A DNA stretch of 62,937 nt, counting the filler, from Vannella sp. (taxonomy: Eukaryota): NCBI GenBank assembly GCA_023345925.1. It is 6 parts of 6 records of this genome, joined end to end, with 100 filler letters (N's around TTAATTAATTAA, not from the genome) between each part and the next. Parts side by side here need not be neighbours in the genome. Positions count along the whole stretch, not along the records: positions 10,188 to 18,891 come from JAJQQN010000040.1; positions 18,992 to 28,680 come from JAJQQN010000523.1; 4 more parts are not named here. The stretch is one strand, 5' to 3'. The notes beneath the pieces were generated by a model. That model did no database searches. It was not told the origin of the DNA and worked only from the letters and a program-made list of their open reading frames with translations. This document shows positions 12,034 to 23,325 of this stretch, piece after piece. The position numbers and the translations under genes are program-made. Every line of letters begins with the position of its first letter. Within the stretch, counting starts at the first letter, position 1.

Positions 12034-12881
12034 TGGAGAAAGAAATGGACCTTTCCTTCGGTTTGGACTTTTGTTGAATCACAATCACTTCATTGGGCTC
12101 AACCTCCTTTGTCTGTCTTCTACTTCATTGAAGTGCATGAAAATGGTCTTGCTCATGCAGAAAGGCATTCGCTTCATCGATTCTCCCTCCAAACTCTTTG
12201 ACCCTTCCCATTCCCATTCTTCGCTGAGGCTCCTTTTTTATTCTTGGCGAGAAAAACCAACCCAGGAACTGGTTTACTTTTTGGTCGCCATTTCATTTAT
12301 TCCGTGCTGCACTGTGAGAGAGCTCAAATTCGTACCGGGCGAAACACACAAACACTTAAGCACAGCTGCCAGCTTAGCGTTTGTTCAGAAGGATCAGCTT
12401 GATTGACATGACTACAAAAAGGATTGCAATGGCCTGTCGAGAGCGAAGAGCAGGCTTTGTGTGCACTCGTGACGAGAAAGCGACAGAGATTTGGTCGTTG
12501 CTGCACCAGCAATATCAGAGAAGATACCTTATCGTGGTGATTACTCCAAGAAGCAAGGAAGTACAAGTGAACTCAGTGACAGACGGGCGTCACTGAGATG
12601 AGGTGTCGTTTTCATCAGCCGAGGTCTCATCTTGCACAAGGTCTCATCTTGGGCCGTACTTGTTACCAGGAAACGCTTCCTCAAGTCGTTTCTCCGCTCT
12701 ATTCGTTGAGACGATCCCGAAGGCTGTTTTAGGGAGGCTTTTCGGTGGACAAGCCAGGAGGTAATGGAAATGCAGAACCATAAAAGGACTTTGGATGTTG
12801 CAGTAAGCAAAGGGAGTGGGAATAGGATGTCGACAGGCTGATTGCTTGGAAAGAAATGTACAAAAAACGAAAGAGGGAAGA

Positions 12882-13850
12882 TCATCGGAACTTGAACCGA
12901 TGCTTTTGGTCAGGCACTTGCAAGGTGATGTTTGGTTCCAGGACAGGAGGCTTGGAAGGGTCCCCTGACACGAGCCATTCATATCCGCCGCTGAAGACGA
13001 TTCCGAACCCTGATGCAGGCATCGAGGAGGGCGCATGACTTGCTTCAGGTAGAAGAGGCATAGAGGGAGTAGAAAGACTGAAGGGACTGCATGTCTCTGA
13101 GTGCGCCGGAGTCTTCTCTTGTGGTGGGGTGGATCCGCTGTAAAGTAAATCATCGGACCCTTCGGTTCTCTGTTCAGAGGTGTGAGCAGAAGAGGAACTA
13201 CGCTTCTGGTGTTTCTTGTAAATGGTGCGGAACTCTCTTCGCTGCTGGTGCAAGGGTTGGTGATGCTGTCGAGGATCGGAGAGGATGAGAATCCTCTTTT
13301 CGCGTAACTCTGAGATCCGTTTCCGAAGAGACTCCTTTTCCTGCTCAAGGACCTCTGTGAGAAGTACAGCCTCCAGCTTCTCAATCATGTTGGCCAGGCT
13401 CTGGATCTGCCGATAGGGCCAACGAGGTAGACCGAGATCACGACACAAGTTCTTTAACAACGTGGGACAGATGGCAAGATGCTCTGCCGCCTCTGCAATG
13501 GGTAGATGAAAGAGAGGTGCAATCATCTCATACGTAGTCTCCGACTGCCGCGCGGCCTTGAGCATCGGAGAGTGCCACCCGCTTAACCACAATTTGGGCG
13601 TTTTTTCTGTGAACCTTCTCAATTCGTCCGAATGTTGTATTCCCTCTTGAGGGTCGAAAAGAGAGGTCTGTGTGCTTTCTCTCTGATTGTTTCTTTTATT
13701 TGGCGTTCTGCTGGTCCGACTCTTGGGACTGCCCCTTTTGGGCTGAATGGAGCTCCCCGTGGGTTCCACTTGATCATCTCTTCTCGTGGAACCCTTGGAG
13801 AACTCCAGAGGTTCATCAAGGAAACCACAGACGCTTTCTAGTCTGAGCAC
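12882..13850 (-). CDS. RWP-RK domain transcription factor
   Basis: IAPLFHLPIAEAAEHLAICPTLLKNLCRDLGLPRWPYRQIQSL matches the RWP-RK domain; start uncertain. Confidence 0.88.
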   Translation of the reverse strand: MLRLESVCGFLDEPLEFSKGSTRRDDQVEPTGSSIQPKRGSPKSRTSRTPNKRNNQRESTQTSLFDPQEGIQHSDELRRFTEKTPKLWLSGWHSPMLKAARQSETTYEMIAPLFHLPIAEAAEHLAICPTLLKNLCRDLGLPRWPYRQIQSLANMIEKLEAVLLTEVLEQEKESLRKRISELREKRILILSDPRQHHQPLHQQRREFRTIYKKHQKRSSSSAHTSEQRTEGSDDLLYSGSTPPQEKTPAHSETCSPFSLSTPSMPLLPEASHAPSSMPASGFGIVFSGGYEWLVSGDPSKPPVLEPNITLQVPDQKHRFKFR

Positions 13851-13924
13851 TGAACGATTTACCCCCTTTGGATAACGCCTAGATGGGGAATCCTTGAATG
13901 AAAATCACCAATTTATTTGTTCGC

Positions 13925-15262
13925 TCACACTCGGAAGATTGGGAGGCGATTGCCAATGTCGGTTTGGCAGGTGGGGCACAGGAATTGGGTTTCGAGACAC
14001 TTGGTGCAGTAGCCGAGATGCCCACAGGGTATTAAGACACAATCTGCCATTCTCTCATAGCAGATCTTGCAGCTGTTCATCTCTAGTAACTCCTCCAGGC
14101 TCCACGCGGCCAACCTGGCAGCTTCTATCTCTAATTCACTCATGTGGGAGTCTTGGGGTGTTTCCAGGGACACCCGGAGATTGTCAAGAGAAGAGGCGGC
14201 CTTAACAAAGGCAAGCCTCTCAGGCTTATCCTGAAAGGGAGTGGGAGTCCGACAAGACTGTCCCATACTTCCCTCAAGCTGCGTTGACTTCTTGTAGCGG
14301 GTTTCCAGTGCATCCCGCATAACCTCGTCCGGAATGAGCTGCTCTATTTTCAAACGATCGCTTTCTGAGGGTGGCCGAAGACCTTTGTCCCGAAGGCGAG
14401 CGAGATACCTGGCAATGGGAGCGAGAAGTACTCCTTCTCGCTCACTTTCGTTCATATCTATGAGCCTACGAGCTTCTTCAACTTGTTTGTCCTCATACTG
14501 TTCGTCATAGTGGGCCTCTAAGAGTTTTCGGATCTCCTTATCTCCTGAAGAGTGCCACCAACAACGCTTCAAGAGCGGATCATCGCGAGCGCCTTGGTGA
14601 AGCAAGTCAGCTACCATATCCTTTTGGCCTGAAGAGCACGCATAGAAGAGAGGAGAGTTGCGGAAGCTGTCAAGAGAATTGATGTCCACACCGTCCTCCA
14701 AACACTTTCCCAGTGCTTCGATGTCCCCCTTCTGAGCACAATCCCAGATGTCCTTGCACATGAGAGTTGATCCAGCCCCTTGAGTGCGAGGACTGCGCGG
14801 TGAAGAAGTAGGACTAGACAAGGGAATGTGAGCACTGCACAAAACATTCCCTTCGGTGGGGCAATGCTTATCACACATTGCATTAGAGCACGTAGCAGAT
14901 GTCTGTGAACCGCAGGTAATGCATGGTGGAGACCATGGAAGAGAGAGTGAGGCACTTTTTGTCTCGAAAGTGAGAGGTTCAGACATCCACTCCTCAGCAG
15001 AGGGCACGAATGGGGTGATTTCGTTTGCAAGAACCTCTTGTTTCGGAAGATCTGCAAGGCTGAATGTAGTTGACCTCTTTGCAGAACTTAATCGCGGTGC
15101 TGCACTCAAAAAGGAAGATTCCCCCGCATGAACGGAGCATCGGATCTGTCCCGTTAAGCCACAGTCCGTCTTACACATCCGATTCGGACACTCAGCATCT
15201 CTTGCAAGCGGACAAAACGGGGTCTCGCACTGTTGAACCCTCAACTTCTTCCTCTTCGGCAT
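13925..15262 (-). CDS. Ankyrin + C3HC4 RING E3 ligase with two N-terminal Cys/His zinc-finger repeats
   Basis: ANK: CAQKGDIEAL...GVDINSLDSFRNSPLFYAC; RING: CKICYERMADCVLIPCGHLGYCTKC...CPTCQ. Intronless. Confidence 0.88.
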   Translation of the reverse strand: MPKRKKLRVQQCETPFCPLARDAECPNRMCKTDCGLTGQIRCSVHAGESSFLSAAPRLSSAKRSTTFSLADLPKQEVLANEITPFVPSAEEWMSEPLTFETKSASLSLPWSPPCITCGSQTSATCSNAMCDKHCPTEGNVLCSAHIPLSSPTSSPRSPRTQGAGSTLMCKDIWDCAQKGDIEALGKCLEDGVDINSLDSFRNSPLFYACSSGQKDMVADLLHQGARDDPLLKRCWWHSSGDKEIRKLLEAHYDEQYEDKQVEEARRLIDMNESEREGVLLAPIARYLARLRDKGLRPPSESDRLKIEQLIPDEVMRDALETRYKKSTQLEGSMGQSCRTPTPFQDKPERLAFVKAASSLDNLRVSLETPQDSHMSELEIEAARLAAWSLEELLEMNSCKICYERMADCVLIPCGHLGYCTKCLETQFLCPTCQTDIGNRLPIFRV

Positions 15263-15361
15263 CCACGAGGGCCAGCGAAACGTAAAATAAGTAATAAATT
15301 GTTAAATTTATCGCCTTTTGCTACAATTTTGACTTCGGGCAATGTTGAGGATCATTTCCTG

Positions 15362-16732
15362 ATGCGCAGTCCTCGAGGAGGACCTAGCGGGGCGGATGAG
15401 GACACCTCGCCTGTCCCTCTAGAGAAGAGCAAACGGAGGTCTAAGAAGCTGGGAAAGGATAGGCCTGTCGAAGGGGACTCGTCACTTGCCCCCAGTACAA
15501 GTAAGCGACGATATCTGAGGAGCAATCCGCTTGGGCGGTCGTTGAGCCGAGAGTCTCGCCGACGGGATGAGATTCCAGGCTTTTCGAAGGATACTGATAG
15601 CGCCTTTGTGCAACGTTCGGAAGGGTGAGTGTCTTTGGCCGTACCCATCTTCCGGCGCCTTACATCAACAGCACGCAATCCGTTCACGAAGTGGATGCGT
15701 TTGGGGCTGGGCGTCGCCCCCTAGATATGAAGATGGAACGGAGCTTTTCTAATCCTGATGCGTTCGACATGCTCCCTCATGCACCTGGAGACTTCAGCTG
15801 GTTGACAGAGGAAGGACTTATTGAACAGCTACAGAAGAACCACGTGGAGCTATCAGGACCTAAACCAGTCCGAGGGAGAGGAAAGAGACCTCTCCAGGCT
15901 CTAGCGGAGGAGCAAAGAAATCGGATCGGAACGCCCTCCCCGGTCCTCATGAGTGCCTATTGGAGCGGTAAACAACACGTCGCCCCGGCTGGTTCTCTCC
16001 TGAAAGAAGTGTTGCCACTGGAAGTCACTTCTGCAAGCATCCGTTGGGTCATGAACGTAATTGGTAAGCGGGCGTCTTTTCCTTTCCGATTGCCTCTCAC
16101 GAGTTCTTGCAGTCAAGGGAGCGCGCTGCCAACCTGATGAATCACTGGCCAGTAAGAAACTTTGATTTATGGCTGCCTACTCACTCTTCTCTAGCTCCAC
16201 CTGTCATCAATGCTGCTATTTCCTTCAACAATGGGGTTAGCCACTACACCTCCTCCATTCCTTCCTGGGAGCCTGATTGGAACGAGTCATTCTTCTTGTA
16301 AGGTCACTTCTGCTTCTTCTACAAGGCCATACTCATCAAGGAGTCAGTGACGTCCCTGACGTGAAGACGGGACAAGTGAACATTGCCGTTTACATGATGC
16401 GCAACAAGGGGAAGGATCACAGAGAGGGAAGCTGTCTTGGTACATGCAGCTTAGATGTCAGTTCATTCTACGTTGCGTATGGATACCACGCTCCCTGGGA
16501 CAAATGGGAAGTACTTCTCGATCCCAAAAACAACCAAACATCCAACTGCTTCGTCCACCTCATCGCACAGCTCGTCCCTGAAGGTACCTCAAACCTGATT
16601 CGCCTACTCTCCCTACTAACATTGGGTGGAAGGTGTGGAATGCTTCTCCGACCTCGAGAACGAAACAATCCGGATTCTGCCCAACAAGAAACAGTATCTC
16701 GAGCAATTTGGCACACACATCATCAAGAATAA
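15362..16732 (+). CDS. C2-domain-containing protein, multi-exon
   Basis: Exon fragments (WVMNVI..AANL, HYTSSIPSWEPDWNESFF, LGTCSLDV..WEVLLDP..FVHLIAQLVP) resemble a C2 beta-sandwich; GT-AG introns; boundaries approximate. Confidence 0.6.
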
Positions 16733-16789
16733 GATGCCATCTCATCCTCCTGTAGAATAATTGTCATAAACGATTGGTCGAAACATGTG

Positions 16790-16804
16790 AGGGTTAGGGT
16801 TTAG
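16790..16804. promoter_or_regulatory. Telo-box-like motif upstream of PCH2
   Basis: AGGGTTAGGGTTTAG about 55 nt upstream of ATG 16860. Confidence 0.45.
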
Positions 16805-16859
16805 CCTGATTTCGTGCGTAATCAAACAAGTTTGTCACTTTTTGCCGTTCTTTGCTGTG

Positions 16860-18391
16860 ATGGGGCGTCCTGGAATTGGTATGATGATCTTCCCTGGAGT
16901 TCCTGCTCATCATAAGGGTAGTGGAAGTGTGCCTGATGGACCAGTGCTCTCAGAACCCCTCTTTGATCGTGCCGTTGGTGGAATCGTTGCTCTTGGGAGT
17001 TCAACAATTGGCAGAAGGAGTGATGAATCCCTCTTACTACAGTAACATGTCCCTCCTAAGTGGCAACGTGGAATACATCAAAGTCTGCCAATTGCCAGGA
17101 GAAGGCGAACATCGATTTACCATTCATGCCTTTCACTTGAACTTTGACGAGTGTGTGGATGATGTGGATGACATCGGAGAGGAAGTAGTCCACACCAGTC
17201 AGCAATGGCTCCTCCCGGTCAGATCTCTGGATGGTGTTTGGGACAGTCTGATCTATGAAGAGAATCTGAAAGAGAAACTCCTCCGCTACGTCGGCACCTC
17301 TCTCCAGCTCTCTAAGAGCGGAGTAGATAGCAACATCATTGCTTGGAACCGAGTTGTGCTTCTCCATGGTCCTCCTGGCACTGGGAAAACGAGTCTCTGC
17401 AAAGCTCTGGCTCAAAAGATCTCCGTCCGCTTTGCTTCTCAATTCAGCAGCATCCACTTGGTGGAAATCAACGCTCACAGTCTCTTCAGCAAATGGTTTT
17501 CGGAGAGCGGCAAGTTGGTGATGAACCTTTTCGCTCGCATTCGTTTGCTTCTTGAGGACAAGACCAGCTTTGTGTGTATCCTCATTGGTATGGTCATGGT
17601 GGTGATTCACCTTTACTTCTGCTCACAGGAATGATCAGATGAGGTGGAGAGTTTGGCAGGGGCTCGCACTTCAGCAATGTCAGGTTCGGATCCTTCCGAT
17701 GCCATTCGAGTGAGTGTTGGGGCGCCCAGAAACCTATTCTTACCCAAGAGGCTAGGTCGTGAATGCTCTCCTCACCCAAATAGACCAATTGAAGAGTTTC
17801 AATAACGTTCTCATCCTCACCACCTCCAACATCACTGGTGCCATTGGTGATTCCTTCCCTTCCTTTCAATCCCCAACTCATCCCTTCTTCAGATCTGGCC
17901 TTTGTGGATCGTGCGGACATCAAGCAGTACATCGGACCTCCTTCCCCTGAGGCGATCTACCAAATCATCTCCTCGTGCGTTACCGAGTTGGGGAGAGCCC
18001 GAATCATCTCCCGAGGAGTAAGTTCTCCTCTTCTGGCAGATGGCGAACAAGGATCATTCATGCTTCACAGCCCAAACTTCTCAACTACCACTGGCTCAAG
18101 CAGATGAAGGACACGAACAGTGAAGCTGTCCAACTCAGCTTGGCCCTATTCGACATCTGTCAGCAATGTGCGGGCTTCAGCGGGCGCAAGCTACGAAAGC
18201 TTCCGTTTCTGGCGTTGGCACTCGAGGTTCCGGTAAGGATTCGAATCACCCGAAGGATTCAATGAAAGCTCACCAGTCCCAAGGAGAGTCCTTGTACACT
18301 CCCCGTCTTCCTCGACGCACTTCGAAGCGTTGTTTCAGCGGAGAGAACCAGTCTCAGTCGATTGAGCCAGCCAATCTCCACCTCAGTGTGA
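16860..18391 (+). CDS. TRIP13: Pachytene checkpoint AAA+ ATPase PCH2/TRIP13, multi-exon
   Basis: [50 protein letters not shown] (next exon), [43 protein letters not shown]. Confidence 0.95.
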
Positions 18392-18891
18392 GGTATCGAT
18401 CCGATCAAGTCCTTTCCTCCCTGGATAAGATACCAACTCTAAAAAGAGGTCCATTCTACTACTGAACCTTCTGAATGTTTACAGAAGATAGAAAAGAGCA
18501 TAGTGGGGGTCTTATTGGGTCAAGAACCGAACAAAGCAAGCATTGGAACGTATTTTGCCTTGCATCGAAGCCCAAGACAGTATTCGGCCGAATTCAGTCA
18601 CTCGTTCCTTCAATACTTCATCTTCAAAGCGCTCTAGAGTGTGAGTGAGTAAGCTATGAACCTTGATGGTGTATGAGCGTACTAAAATGCTTTGTAGGGG
18701 GCATGGGAGGCAGTCCGGGGATCTCTTGGCGAGCGAGCCACTCATGCAAGTTCTTGAATTCGTTGTATCTTCGGCGGATGCGGTATTCAGAGCCATCAAA
18801 GTGAGGGAGGTTTGTCTAATTGGAATCAGATGACATTGGAAGTGGATTAGAGCTGGTCACACCGTTGTGGAGACCTCATAAGTGGTATATT

Positions 18892-18991
18892 NNNNNNNNN
18901 NNNNNNNNNNNNNNNNNNNNNNNNNNNNNNNNNNNTTAATTAATTAANNNNNNNNNNNNNNNNNNNNNNNNNNNNNNNNNNNNNNNNNNNN
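18892..18991. other. Artificial contig linker
   Basis: N-TTAATTAATTAA-N, 100 nt. Confidence 0.97.
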
Positions 18992-21456
18992 GTTGGGCAT
19001 CTGATGATCTCACCTTGTCCAAGTCCAGCATCCGAACGAGATTTTGAAGGTGATTCTCACTCAATAAGGTGTGTTCAGCCACTAAAGAGGGGTCTTGATT
19101 TTGCACTTTGTTGAGGATGCCGGAAACCTCTTTGAGAGCGCCGGAAAGGCGGTCTTGTAAAGAGTGCATTTGACTCTGCCACTCAGCCATGCGCCAATCA
19201 AGTCCGCGACTGCGTTTCCAATACATCCATTCCTCTTGGAGAGCAGTTGCTCTTCCACCGCTCACATTTTTGGCCATGTGAGAAGCCACCAACTGCAGAA
19301 AGACAAGACGCCCTTCAATTTCCATGACAGCTCCCTCCCACGCCAGAGATTCAGCCTCCAGTGCATGAAGATGAGAGAAAAGGATCAAGGCGCTTATCAA
19401 CGCGAGGCCAAAAGCTAAACTGACTCCAAATCCTCGCACGGTGATTGACTGACCAAGAACATTTGCCATTGTGGCATCGAGGAAGCTAACTGGGGTAGTT
19501 GGAGGGGCTAGGAAAGCGTCCGCAGCCATATCCGAAGTGTTCTCTGGAGCCGCTTCGATCCTTTGACTCAGCAACTCGGCTTCTCCGTCTTCTGGGGGTT
19601 CTTGTCGTGGTATTACTTCTGCTGATGTTTGAGCAGGAGCTGAATTGGCAGCTACTAAAGAAGGGTCCGCAAGCCACTTCTTTCCGAGATCAACCCAACC
19701 AAGAAGAGAGGCTTCCGTTGCCACTTTCGCGTTCTTCTCGATAATGCCTTTGATCCAAACGCTTTTGATAAAATTCACTCTCCACCTCACCTGAAGTCGG
19801 CACCTTTGTTCATTAGACCGATAGCTCAACGCGTCAGAGCGGATTTTCGTACCCAGTTCCTTCTTGAACAGCTTTCCAGAGAGATTCTACAACAAAAGCG
19901 TCCCCGTACATTGGAATATCTAATGATGCTGTACTTGTGTCCATAATGACCTCGCTTTCAGAGATCCCACGTTCAGGAGAGGAAGAAAGAGGAAGAGGAA
20001 AAACTCACGTTTCTGAGGGGCAACTGATCCGCTGTGTTTGAATCACGCGAGTCTCTTTTGGGCCCATGGGAGCGCCCTTGATGGGTGTCATAAAAGTGCA
20101 CTTTCTTGAGTATAAACTGGTTGGCTCCTCATTAGAGGGCGACATTGGCGGCACCACAATGTTCCAATTCTCCTGCTCTTTGAAGACGTATCGCCAGAAG
20201 TCGACATTCGCCATTAACTTATGATACAATTCAGACACTGTGACATTCAGGAAGACAGCGTCGACTACTGGAGTCCCCTCGACCGGTAAATGTGATTTGA
20301 CTGCTCCAGAAGGCCGAGGAGCTTCTACAGGTGCCTCTGGGGCTTCCGCTTTAGTCTCTTTTGGGACTCCGCTGGCTTTAGGGAGCTTCAAGTTTTCTCT
20401 ACTCTTGGAATCGCTCCTCAGAACAGCGAGGTCGAGAGGTTTCTCCCGAGCCCCACTCTCTAGATCTGATAGATTGAATGGCTGGCTTAGTTTCCTAGCC
20501 TGAGAGATGGGAGCCTGTGCTCTCTTCCTCTCGGACTGGGGATGCCTCCGAATAGGATCAGTTCCAGACGAAGTAGCGATTCCCCCTTCTTCCATCAAGA
20601 AGGAATCGTCGTCCTCGCGGATCTCACGGACAGACAGGGGCGCTGTACCAGTCTTCTTCAGCTGGATAGGGGCTGGAGGCTTCAGCTCCTCCTTGGAGCG
20701 ATCCAATTCAGGGGAGGTGATGTCCAAGGTTTCAGTGACTGGTTCTTCGAAGGATTTGCCCAGGCGTAGCGCGGGACGCGGGTCACTGTCCATAGATGAT
20801 CGATTACCATGCTGGCTTTCATCTGGTGAAGGCTTCTGCGCATTCCTCTCCTTCTTAAAGGAGTTCTGTACCTTTGGATTCCCATCGTGGGCTTTCTGCT
20901 GGGCCCAAGTTCGAGCCATAACATCGAATATCTTATCTCTGTTGTTGATGGAGGAGTACAGATCCTGCAAATGCGTCAGCAACAAGTCACACTGAAAAGG
21001 GAGGGGATGACGGACAGATCCTCCAGAATGGGTGATTCCAATCGCGTTGGAGAACACCAAGGCTGTGTTCTTCTTCACAATGTTTGCCACATCGGAGAAT
21101 GCCATCGTATGCTGACAGCCACGTGAGTTCCCACACGGAGGCCCCTTCAGGGCTTCTTACGCTTCGAGTGCTTTGCTTCTCCTTCCAAATGAAGGAGACA
21201 AACTTGTTGGATATAAACATCATCCCATGGTACACTATGCTCTCCTCATCACACTCAAAGTCACAAGAACAAGCTGTCCCACACATGAGAAGGGCCCATA
21301 CTCCACACCAAGTCACCCACCCGCCAGCAAAGTGTCCTCCAGATGTCCAAGAGAGGTCTGAAACTCAGTCTCCGCTGCTTCATCAAACAACGGAGCCAGA
21401 TCCACACCAGAAGATCTCAATCCCTGCCGAGGCACAGGAGCGATCACCCCTTGCAT
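18992..21456 (-). CDS. GRAM + VASt/StARkin + TM lipid-transfer protein (LAM/GRAMD1-like), 3' truncated
   Basis: GRAM (DFEC..YHGMMFISNKFVSF..VKKNTALVFSNAIGI); VASt (SRKCTFMTPIKGAPMGPKETRVIQTQ, DIPMYGDAFVV, CRLQVRWRVNFIKSVWIKGIIEKN); TM and coiled coil; several introns. Confidence 0.87.
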
Positions 21457-21535
21457 GACCAAGATCAAATGATTCCCTTAGAACGTGAAAAATACAATAT
21501 TATTTGGCATCATGAGCGAGGGCGGAACTCTCCTT

Positions 21536-22733
21536 CTACTGCTTTTTGAAGCGGTTGCCGGCTTGTCGGATACGTTTGAATATGTTCTTGGAAGACCAAC
21601 TGGATCTTCTGTTGCCGCTGGAGGGGAGTCGCGCACCGCGAGGGGAGAGGAGGTTGTTGTCAAGGTCGGTGCAGGACAGTTGCGAGGGGAGGAAGCGAGG
21701 GGGACTGTGCACTGGGAGGATTTCTGTCAGATCTGGTTGTGAAGAGGATTGAACTGTGCCGCGATTGGGGAGATGATGGAAGCTGTTAAGAGCAATGGGA
21801 ACCGCGGGCAACTCCTCCTCGAATGACGACTCTTCTTCCTCACCGGCATGCTCTGACGACAGATTGAACTTCTCATCTTCACTTGTCATCCAAGCACTGG
21901 AGAGGACCTCTTCAATCGTCAACCGGTTCTCGGGAACATACTGCAACAAGTTCCTCAGGACGTAGAGCAAGTTAGGATCGTCAGGGAGCTTTGACTCGAG
22001 GATCTTGATTCTCCCTTCTGCAATAAATCGACTTAGTTCTTCCTCGCATGAAGCTGAGTATGGCCAGAAGCCGGTGAACAGCACATGCAAGAGAATTCCA
22101 AGACTCCACGCGTCCGCTTCTGCAGGGTAGTAGGACTCCTTCTTCTTCTAAACAACTGGTCAGGAGTGTAAAATGAAGAAAGGAGAGGAGACATACCACC
22201 TCTGGAGCGCAGTAGAAGCTGGTGCCCGTGATGCCAACTTTTTTGGGTTCCTCGTCGCTCCACTCAAAGCAAGAGCCGAGATCTCCAACTTTGACACAGA
22301 ACACATCGTTAATGAAGATGTTCTCGGGTTTGATGTCCAAGTGCGCGATGGATTGAGAGTGCATGGCTTGAAGGGCGAGGCAGACTTGTTTGAAGATGAG
22401 TCGAACCTCTCCTACTTCAAGGGGGCCACTTTCGATAAAGTCCAGAAGATCTTGGACCATCCTCTCCAACACAATGACACCAAAACTCCCTGTACGGAAG
22501 CTGTCAAGCATGTGGACAACTTGGGGGATGTGGTGGCATTTGGAAAGAGCGTAGACCTCACGTTCGAACTCGGACTTGAACCAGCTATTTGTCAGAGGGA
22601 CGAACTTCATCACCACGTAGTCTTTCTTTTCGTTGACCGCGCTGAAGACACTTCCTGACGCTCCTTCTCCAATCTTGCGGAGAAGGAGGTACCCTCCGAC
22701 GCGGGTACCAGTTTCCAGTCGTTGCTTCGGCAT
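21536..22733 (-). CDS. Ser/Thr protein kinase (CAMK-like), 1 intron
   Basis: IGEGASGSV, VVMK, HLDIKPEN, DLG, GTSFYCAPE; the second exon completes the C-lobe. Confidence 0.9.
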
Positions 22734-23325
22734 GTGAGGAAAAAAATGACTCAAAGCGAGACAGGCGGATTTTTGGCCCTCGTTCTTTGAAGGATCGGTG
22801 AAACTTTGTGTTCGAGCAGATCAGTTATTGGGGTAATGGCGGCGCCAATGTTTGAGAAGACGTTGCTTCTATTATTGGGGCCCGCTTGGTGGCAGGCGTT
22901 CTTTGTGCATTCAAACAAAAACTGGTCTAAAAACAGAACCTGAAACAGCTCACTTGGGCGTTGACTTTTGTTGGCATGTTCGCTTGAGTCAGTGAAGGCC
23001 GACTGTGTGGCGTCTCAGTAAAGTCTATGAAAGATGCACTCTTGATCACTTGTTAGACCAGGAGCTGATTTGACCTGAAGGACTAGCCAAGGTTCCCTTG
23101 TCCAAGCGGAATCCCACGTCACGAGTCAAAAAAGAGCCAAGTTGGAACCGCCCACCTTTTTGAGAGAGTCCACGGCCCCAGTAAACCACCGAATCCCTCC
23201 CTGTTGATCTCGGGCCACCTTTTTGGAATACGCTTTAAATCTCAATTCTTCAAACGGAATTGAATAATTGTGTAAATTAACTCAGGTGGGCAGTCGCTGG
23301 TCAGTCGCTTTGTGTTGTGGTGGGG

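Noticed and set aside
18512..18799. 95-aa minus-strand ORF near a contig end
   Set aside because: No recognisable motif or clear start; cannot be supported.
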